From Octopus sinensis (taxonomy: Eukaryota), in assembly GCF_006345805.1 (NCBI RefSeq), contig NW_021831966.1, positions 1 through 33,725 on the forward strand: DNA of 33,725 nt, written 5' to 3'. The notes under the pieces were generated by a model, which saw only the letters and a program-made list of their open reading frames with translations, had not been told where the DNA came from and ran no database searches. The position numbers and the translations under genes were made by a program. Of the stretch, positions 25,034 through 33,725 are shown one piece after another (within the stretch, counting starts at the first letter, position 1; every line of letters begins with the position of its first letter).

Positions 25034-25114
25034 ATAACAACAATGGACTATAATAACTGGTTGTAATTTAATTTAATCATCCATACACCTGTTATTATAG
25101 TCCATTGTTGTTAT
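25034..25114. repeat. Perfect 24-bp inverted repeat with 33-nt spacer
   Basis: ATAACAACAATGGACTATAATAAC / GTTATTATAGTCCATTGTTGTTAT. Confidence 0.9.
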
Positions 25115-25239
25115 TATAGTGCATTGTGTGCCATTCAAAACACATTACTATATATATATATATATATATATATAGATATATATATATATATATATTAATT
25201 ATATTATATTATATTATATTATATTATATTATATTATAT

Positions 25240-25848
25240 TATATAGAGGGCATTATTACACATAAATGCCGCACGCGAGGAGGGACTCTTAAAATCAAAA
25301 CTACTAAAATATTTAAAACATCGTCCTAAATGCAACGCTCGAAGCAAGCCATTTAAAAACAGAATTCAGCTGCAGATCACTGTGATTCGTAATCAGTGTA
25401 GTGGTGCACTCTTTACTCATCAGTGCAAGCATAATTTAAGATTTATAATAAATGAACAAAATCAACATACCAAACGAATAGCCATCGTATCCGACGTAGT
25501 GTATAGAAATGTTCACCCCTTATACATCTATGTAAATGGCGGGCGTTTTCGAATTACATTTCGGTAACAACGTGCTGATTCTGAATAAAAATTCAGTACT
25601 CAATATAAACTGGTTAAATTTACAATTTAAAAATAGGATAAAATCTTTATAAGAATTTATCAAGTATTCAGCGTGAAAAACCTCATAAGAGAAAAAAAAT
25701 CCACCAATTTTTTCACTTAAGTATATTTATTTATATTATATAGAGAACATTATTACACATAAATGCCACATGCTAGGAGGGACTTATGAGGTTTTTAATG
25801 CTGACTACTTGATAGATTCTTATAAAGATTTTATCCTATTTTTAAATT
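25240..25848. repeat. Direct repeat pair (25240-25287, 25735-25785) and 66-bp inverted repeat pair (25624-25689, 25783-25848)
   Basis: CATTATTACACATAAATGCC..AGGAGGGACT occurs twice. AAAAATAGGATAAAATCTTTATAAGAAT..AAAAACCTCATAAG occurs in both orientations. Confidence 0.85.
25371..25427 (-). ncRNA. Type I hammerhead motif, one A missing from GAAA
   Basis: Minus strand reads TGCA-CTGATGA-GTAA-AG-AGTG(caccacta)CACT-GA-TTAC-GAA-TCAC-A-GTGA-TC-TGCA. Helices I, II and III all pair and the triplet is ATC. Only the GAAA run is one A short. Confidence 0.7.
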
Positions 25849-26066
25849 TGGTTATCATCTGTAGTGGATGGTCTGCCTGATCGCTCTTTATCAATAAGGA
25901 TACAATCTCCATCTCGGAACCTTATGAACCACTTCCGTACGGTTCTTTCGGATAAAGAAACGTCGCTATTAACTGCGCATATTTCTTTGGTTGCTTGTGA
26001 GGCATTTTTCCCTTTACGGAAAAAGAAAAGCATCAAGTGCCAGAAATGAACTTTCTTATCTTCCAT
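25842..26066 (-). pseudogene. Mariner transposase N-terminal HTH fragment, 74 aa
   Basis: MEDKKVHFWHLMLFFFRKGKNASQATKEICAV...LSERTVRKWFIRFRDGD...DKERSGRP matches the mariner HTH domain and the RSGRP motif. It ends where another repeat begins; no DD34D domain. Confidence 0.88.
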
Positions 26067-26250
26067 TTTAAAGGGTTACAGAATTAACACAGGTTATAGG
26101 AACATAAACCTTCATCCACTAAAAGATAGCTTAAACTGTGCTCTAAATGGAGGTGTAGTCAAATCCTATTTTATGGATTCAACCATGCTCTAAAATAAGA
26201 CGAAACGTAAGCTACTATAAATCGGCACGAACTTTCCAGACAATCCAATA
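25842..26250 (-). mobile_element. Truncated mariner transposon (5' TIR plus N-terminal transposase)
   Basis: Minus strand starts TA-TTGGATTGTCTGGAAAGTTCGTGCCGATTT, a mariner-type TIR at 26219-26248 with TA at 26249-50. The downstream ORF is mariner-like. No right TIR seen. Confidence 0.88.
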
Positions 26251-26769
26251 TATATATTTATTTATATATATTTATGTGTGAGTCTGTGTGCGTGTGTGTG
26301 TGTCTGTGTGTGTGTGTATTTGTGTGCTTTTTGTGTTTGTGTGTGTATGTGTGTGCGACTGTGTACGTGTGAGGACGCGTGCTTATACTTTTAGTCGGAG
26401 AGAGACGAAGACAAATACAAAGACAAAGATATGTAGAAACACGTACAAGTAATTTTATATTGTTGTATGTGTATGTTGTCTAGGTTAATCTCCTATTCAG
26501 AGAACTGGCCTCGCATCTATGTCTTACATCTCATCAAAATCTCTGAAGAACAAAAGCGCTGATAACAAAATCTAGTTCCGAAAACAATATACAATGGATT
26601 TCATAAGAGGTGTTGATAGAAATGTCGACACTCCTACAGGTATTTTACTTGTGAACAGGTATCGCTTACAGACGGTTGATATTTACATAATGAGCTAAGA
26701 ATTGGTTTAGTTATTTGAACATCAAAGAAACAATACACCGATTGTCTGGTAGCAACACGTTAAACCTCG

Positions 26770-26778
26770 TATATGTAT

Positions 26779-26856
<78 letters not shown>

Positions 26857-26932
26857 GCATATATATATATGTATGTAATTGTATATATATATATAATAAT
26901 ATATATATATATGTATGTATATATATATATAT

Positions 26933-26967
<35 letters not shown>

Positions 26968-27055
26968 TGGATATATATATATATATACATATATATATAT
27001 TATATATCCATATCTATCTATCTATCTCTCTCTATATATATACATACATATATAC

Positions 27056-27096
<41 letters not shown>

Positions 27097-27114
27097 GATA
27101 GATAGTAGATAGAG

Positions 27115-27174
<60 letters not shown>

Positions 27175-27181
27175 TGATAGG

Positions 27182-27261
<80 letters not shown>

Positions 27262-27270
27262 GCTATATAT
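26770..27270. repeat. Compound (TA)n/(GATA)n/(TATC)n/(GATA)n with strand switches
   Basis: Read directly from the sequence. GATA and TATC blocks alternate. Confidence 0.95.
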
Positions 27271-27645
27271 GCGCGTGTGTGTGTTTATGTATCCATGTAA
27301 GAAGGTAGGTAGGTATGGTCTATTGTTAATCGTTTGGAGTCTTCCCAGAATGAAAGAGAACTCTTACAACAATGATGCAAAGCTCCTTCATCGCCATAAT
27401 TATAGCAGAAACAAATTCACTTTTTCCACGTAAGCAAACTCTTGCATATTCTTATTCCACCAATTTGATATTGTGTTTCTATTGTCCTAATTAATTGGTG
27501 GATTACTATCTCTGAAAAGCCTAGCTTTTCCAGTTTACCTTCTACGCAATTACAACTAGAAGTGGGACACCAATTATCAGTATAATTGTGAATTGATAAT
27601 CTGTGTAATTAGAGAAGCTGAAATGTTCGTAATTGTTACCCCACC

Positions 27646-27700
<55 letters not shown>

Positions 27701-27897
27701 ATAATATATATATCTATATATCTGTCTATCTATCTTTATCTCTCTCAGTGATTTTCGAAGAATTATTCATATGTGCAAGGCTGATGACCTCTGTGACGGT
27801 ACCTACTTTTCCATGGCTGCGCCAAACAACGACGCTCGTACTACTGCGTTTGCACTTTTGTTTCAAGTGATGATGTATGCATGTATGAAATATCTAT

Positions 27898-27991
27898 ACA
27901 GGAGTGGCTGTGTGGTAAGTAGCTTGCTTACCAGCCACATGGTTCCGGGTTCAGTCCCACTGCGTGGCACCTTGGGCAAGTGTCTTCTACA
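27898..27991 (+). mobile_element. SINE S1, 5' fragment
   Basis: CAGGAGTGGCTGTGTGGTAAG...GGCACCTTGGGCAAGTGTCTTCTAC, then (GT)n. Confidence 0.85.
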
Positions 27992-28874
27992 TTCTGTGTG
28001 CATATCTGAGTGTGTGTGTGTATGTGTGTGTGTGTATGTGTGTGTGTGTATGAAATGAAACCCCAAAATATATACAGAATTTCATGAACGGCATGAAATT
28101 CTCCCGATATCATCAGAAAGATAGGTTTCGAGAATACAGGTTTGCTAGAAAGAAATTAGATAACATTATAAGTAATGATACAAGCGGCACCTGACCTAGC
28201 TGTAGAATCAAAGACTAGAATAGGATACAAAGAACTTGTGACAAAGCAAACAGTGCGAACACGTTGTATAAAACTGACAAATATCAAAGAGTGACGTTTG
28301 TAGTCCACAGCCCATGGAGAACTGGCCCCTAGATTTAGAAACGGTCTGAAGGTGACCGAACTCAACATAACGATTATTGAAAAGCCAGGGAACTCCATGA
28401 TATCAGAATTATGTAGGACGTATCCCTTAGAGAATACCATATGCATCAATTATAACTGCATGGTATATACAGAACGCGTCGAAACATGCACGCATAACCA
28501 ACTTTGATCTCTTTACATATTTTAATTCACGATTACATACCCATCACTGTACATATTTCTCCCCACTATTCTAGTTTTTGAATTTTTGTATATATATATT
28601 ACCGAAAGCTGAACAATTATCTCCCCTGGATGCAATAATAACGATAACCAATTATTTCCCTTTAGATTTTCCTACTTGTGGAATTATTCACTCATAAATA
28701 TCACGCACAACACGGACCTAAAAATGTCTTTTTAAGAAAATACGTATTTAAATAAACTTCTATGTCATGAATAGCGAAAGCGAAACCAGTCGACAAACAC
28801 AATGCAAGATATATTAAAAACTATATTAGAACTATGTAAATTGTGTGCATTTTCCTTCTTTAATTTCTTATATC

Positions 28875-28907
28875 TACCTCTCCATCTATCTATCTATCCA
28901 TCCATCC

Positions 28908-28983
<76 letters not shown>

Positions 28984-29017
28984 CTTCTATCTATCTATCT
29001 ATATATCTATCTATCTC

Positions 29018-29048
<31 letters not shown>

Positions 29049-29237
29049 CTATATATATATACTATTACATATATGTGAATGATTTGATTATTGTTTGAAG
29101 CCAAGTATCTAAATTATGAAAATATAATAAACCACGTCAATTATTATTACTATCACTTGGAATTTTCTATTTTGAAGTTCAGGAAACACTTCTTGAGAAG
29201 CTCCATAAAAGATAGGTGTTTGCTAGCTTATTATATA

Positions 29238-29332
<95 letters not shown>

Positions 29333-29345
29333 ATACATACATACA

Positions 29346-29414
<69 letters not shown>

Positions 29415-29450
29415 ATGCATACATACACACATACATATATATATACACAT
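28875..29450. repeat. (TATC)n and long (TA)n tracts
   Basis: Read directly from the sequence. Confidence 0.95.
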
Positions 29451-29583
29451 ATGCATGTCCAATGTAGTGCATAGCACGGTTAAAACCATAATAAGAAAAA
29501 GTATATATATATATGGTGTTTTGTGTGTCGTATGTGCGCATGTACGATTATATCTATGATATATATATATATATATATAGTAG

Positions 29584-29882
29584 ATACTCGTGTGTAGACA
29601 CATACATGGACATACACGCAGAAATATACGCATATATACATGCATATAGCTGTATACATACATACATACATACACACATATATATGTTTATATATATATA
29701 TGTAATATAATAATATGTATATTATATATATATATATATTATATATAATACATATATATACATATATAATAAACATATATATGTGTGTATGTATGTATGT
29801 ATGTATGTATACAGCTATATGGATGTATATATGCGTATATTTCTGCATGTGTATGTCCATGTATGTGTCTACACACGAGTAT
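29584..29882. repeat. Foldback palindrome, about 300 bp, centred on a TA-rich tract
   Basis: ATACTCGTGTGTAGACACATACATGGACATACAC... is mirrored by ...GTGTATGTCCATGTATGTGTCTACACACGAGTAT. Confidence 0.9.
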
Positions 29883-30869
29883 TACTTGCCTTTCACCTTC
29901 TATTAATATCTATCTATTCTACTAATACATTTCGTGATGCGCCAGAAGAGTAAAAACAAAACGATCACATGAAGTATAGTACATTCAGCTAAATATATTC
30001 CCCAAATTTCAAAGGCCTACAATTCAGAATAAATTCTGAACAACAGCATGACCCCAGTGTTAATTCAGAAAAATTCTTCATTACAACGCGCTCTACAACC
30101 TAAGAACTATTCATATGAACCCATCATACCCAGGAAAAGTTTTTACGTCAACAGAGACCAGATACAACCAAGATTAATTTCAACCCATTGCAGTCTGGAG
30201 ATGGTGTCGCTGGCCAAATCTTCGAGGTCACTATCAATACTCTTCCCAATAAGGAATAGTAAACTTGTGCTCTACAACAGTATGGAGTAAAGCATAATGT
30301 AAAATTTCTTTATTATAACTCGCGATGGAAAGAAACATGAATAGTAATAAATATATATATAATAACGGATTACACACAAGCACTATACGTCTTTATTATA
30401 TATATATAATATATATATATATATATTATATATATATATATTATATATGTTTGTGTGTGCGTGTATTAGTGTGTATATGTGTGCGCATTATATATGTATA
30501 TGTTCCACACGCTATATGAACTATGGATATTTCTCTCTGCATTCAATGGTTTTCATTTCTTCATTTCCTATGATTGTATTAATGTTTTCGCTTTTGCGTT
30601 TGTCCTCAACCAACGGATATCAACGTCATTGATGACATATGGAAATATTCTGATTTGAAAGAACCGACGTTCCGTGGTACCCTACCAAGTTAACTAGTTA
30701 CCTTTACTTCACGCAGACGTTTACATACACATACCAAGCCACCCATTAAATAAATAAACAAATAAATATATATATATATATAATATATATATATAGATAG
30801 ATAGATAGATAGCACGCACACACCACACACACACACACCACACACACATATATATATATATATATATGT

Positions 30870-31270
30870 AAACAGTAAAAAATAAATACAGACATGGACA
30901 AGAACATGAAACACCAAGAGACGACACAAGAACCACAGGACGGGACATTCGAAGCCCTCAGTCATCAGTCAAGAACCAGATCATCTTCGCAATTTCGGCT
31001 GATAATCTTGAGATTGCTCCGATCTGGGCAGCCCCCAAAGGAAATCTAAGCCAAGCGCATAGATCCCTTGGAAGAAAGCTTCGAATGTATACAACACGAG
31101 GACGGAAACGAACAGAGTACACGAACAAACAGAATACGTGACACCAATAAGAATACAAAAACGTAAAAACAATAACGGTAAAGATAAAAAACAAGACAAA
31201 ACCAGGACGTAGGACAAGGGTCTTTCGACAGGACGAGTTGAGTTGAGGCTGGCTTATGAAGTAGTGCCTA
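30870..31270. mobile_element. Structured interspersed repeat, copy 2
   Basis: Homologous to 14670-14955. Inverted repeat ACATTCGAAGC (30945-55)/GCTTCGAATGT (31078-88) encloses two hairpins. TA tracts on both flanks. Confidence 0.7.
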
Positions 31271-31280
31271 ATTATATATA

Positions 31281-31453
31281 GGCGTAGGAGTGGCTGTGTA
31301 GTAAGTAACTTGCTTACCAACCACATGGCTCCTGGGTCAGTGCCACTTTGTGGCATCTTGAGCAAGTGTCTTCCGCTATAGCCTCGGGCCGACCAAAACC
31401 TTGTGAGTGGATTTGGTAGACGGAAACTCAAAGAAGCCCGTCGTATATAAGTA

Positions 31454-31488
<35 letters not shown>

Positions 31489-31499
31489 GTGTGTGTGTG

Positions 31500-31532
<33 letters not shown>

Positions 31533-31735
31533 TTGTTTGTTTGTTTGTGTGTTTGTCCTCCTAGCATTGCTTGACAACCGATGCTGGTGTGTTTACGTCC
31601 CCGTAACTTAGCGCAAAAGAGCCTGATAGAATAAGTACTAGGGTTACAAAGAATAAGTCCTGGGGTCGATTTGCTCGACTAAAGGCGGTGCTCCAGCATG
31701 GTTACAGTCAAATGACTGAAACTAGTAAAAGAGAA
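31281..31735 (+). mobile_element. SINE S1, full length
   Basis: Same head, body and tail as 23381-23815. Confidence 0.9.
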
Positions 31736-32641
31736 ATAGAGAGTATACCTACACACACACACCCATATATATGCGTGTATACGCAAATATATCATTATAT
31801 ATATGGAATGTTTATCTTACCACTCGAAATCCAATGTACCGTATACGTTACACCATCATACACATATACACACACATACACACACCCACAGACACACACA
31901 GACACAGACACACACACACACACACAAACACACATATATATATATATGCATGCACAGTCATATTCCCTTCCGCTCAATTTCTCTATCTACAAGCTCACAT
32001 CTGTTCATTAAAATATATTAAAATTTCCAAATGGAATTTCCAGATCACCATCAATAAATGATAATTAATTACTGTATAAATGTATCAAATTACACATGAT
32101 ATGTTATCCAACTGACTACAACATGCTTAGCGATTAACGCGTTGTGAATATAGTTTCTTTACTTCTATATAACGTAAAATTTACCAACATTATTTTATTG
32201 ACTGAAGTTACACTGCTAAATTATACTCAGGGTATATATTATAGTTAGGATTGATTTCCAAAGAAGCCTTTAGCAAATTCATATATTCTTATCGAAAGTT
32301 TTCAGCTCATATACTTCTTAACAATGATTTTATTAAAAATTATGTAAATATTCTTATCGTTTTCTTCACACCTTATTTTAGTCTACTTAACTTCGGTGAA
32401 CGATATCTGTAACACAATTTTTTGAAATGTTAGATAAACGACGCAAGTAGACTTGTTTCTTCAACCAGACCAAAAATATCTGTTTTTAACACTTGATGGA
32501 TGAAAAATCAATATGGACTTAGCCTCGGGGAGAAGCTAATCGTAGTGAGAATAACGAAAGTCTGTGTATCTTTGTGACAATATGTGTACGTGTATATGTG
32601 AGCCGCTACATGCAAAAATTTTGTGCAGTTAGAGAAAGAAG

Positions 32642-32674
<33 letters not shown>

Positions 32675-33164
32675 GTACAGAGCGAGATAGAAAAATAGAG
32701 AATGAGACAAAGAAAGAAAGAGAAAGACAAGTGGGTACAGTTTACAGTTTTTATATTTCTTTCCGATATTATACGAAAAAAATTCTGACTGTTATAATAG
32801 TTAACTTCTATATTTATTAAACAAACATATTACGTTTATATGAGATGTATTTGAAAGTTTAAATCTAAGAAGCTATCAAGCTTTTCTGATCTAAAATCAC
32901 TAATTCCTTATCATAATTTTGTAATAATGACGAACCATCATTGAGGTTGCTATCGTGGGATCTGCTATAGGAAGTAAACAACGTGGGAAGTTTAGTAAAA
33001 CAGTATATGAATGCGGTAGGAACAGGTTGACATAGTTGATGTTTACTAAAGTTGTGAAAATAATAAGCGATAATGTAAACAAACAGGGTAAACAAGTGAA
33101 TGCTTTGAAAACCCTTCTAATGTAAGAAAGCTATTGCATTAGGAATACACTGGCCAATGGAAAA

Positions 33165-33240
33165 TAATATGTATGCATATATTTATATATATATATAAAA
33201 TATATATACGTATATATATATATTTATTATATATATATAG

Positions 33241-33277
<37 letters not shown>

Positions 33278-33400
33278 ATATATATATATAAACATATATA
33301 TATATAACATATATATATATATATAATATATATCAATATATGCATATATGCAAACATATATGTACATAGCTACATATATATGTATATATATATATGCATA
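33165..33400. repeat. (TA)n-rich tract
   Basis: Read directly from the sequence. Confidence 0.95.
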
Positions 33401-33409
33401 TATGGGTAC

Positions 33410-33725
33410 AGCACATCAAAAAAAAACGTTTAACACAATGAGAAACGAAAACATAAACAAAAACATAGAAAGCGAACTTTTTTTTCGAAGAACGAAAAAT
33501 ACAAACAGAGAAACGAGACAATCACATAAAGAACATCCCCTTCATCAGTTGTCCTTGTTTCATATACTCCGCGTGATGAAAGCAAGGACAATACGCAACT
33601 TAGTGAAACAGACCTTCCCGCAAAGCAAATTAAATAAAATTAGTGATTTTTTGGCGGAGAGTGAAAGTGGTAACAAGAAAGGACAGTGAGAACAAAACAG
33701 TAGAAACAAACGGTGAGGGCTGTTA
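33410..33725. mobile_element. Interspersed repeat containing CCCTTCATCAGTTGT...TACTCCGC, copy 2 (runs off the window)
   Basis: Homologous to 6270-6420. Follows a (TA)n tract. Confidence 0.55.

Noticed and set aside
26537-26602. CTGAAGA...GAAA with a possible helix I (AAATCT/GGATTT)
   Set aside because: No helix III or UH triplet, and helix II is out of register.
28095-28135. CTGATGA and GAAAC on the minus strand closed by ATTCTC/GAGAAT
   Set aside because: Only 8 nt separate GAAAC from CTGATGA, too few for helices III and I.
30958-31476. 172-aa minus-strand ORF
   Set aside because: It spans an S1 SINE and the structured repeat. The homologous copy at 14.8 kb does not keep the frame.

Overview
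AT-rich, microsatellite-dense, repeat-dominated eukaryotic DNA. The SINE families and (TA)n/(CATA)n/(GATA)n landscape look like an octopod cephalopod (Octopus-type) genome; this is recognition, not a database result. I cannot support any intact host protein-coding exon, and most listed ORFs are microsatellite or SINE read-through. Supported content: three tRNA-headed SINE families (about 20 copies, several with target-site duplications, one as a 5 x 184 bp array), a truncated mariner, a non-autonomous Helitron, a decayed RTE-like LINE, and two foldback palindromes of 260-300 bp. The main unexplained signal is a set of short (200-600 bp) elements at (TA)n tracts that carry type I hammerhead ribozyme motifs. 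One is fully intact (24717-24823) and six are near-intact or degenerate; they appear unrelated outside the catalytic core and mostly have a near-palindromic helix III. This suggests a diverse population of retrozyme-like or Penelope-dependent self-cleaving mobile RNAs. All alignments and folds were done by eye.
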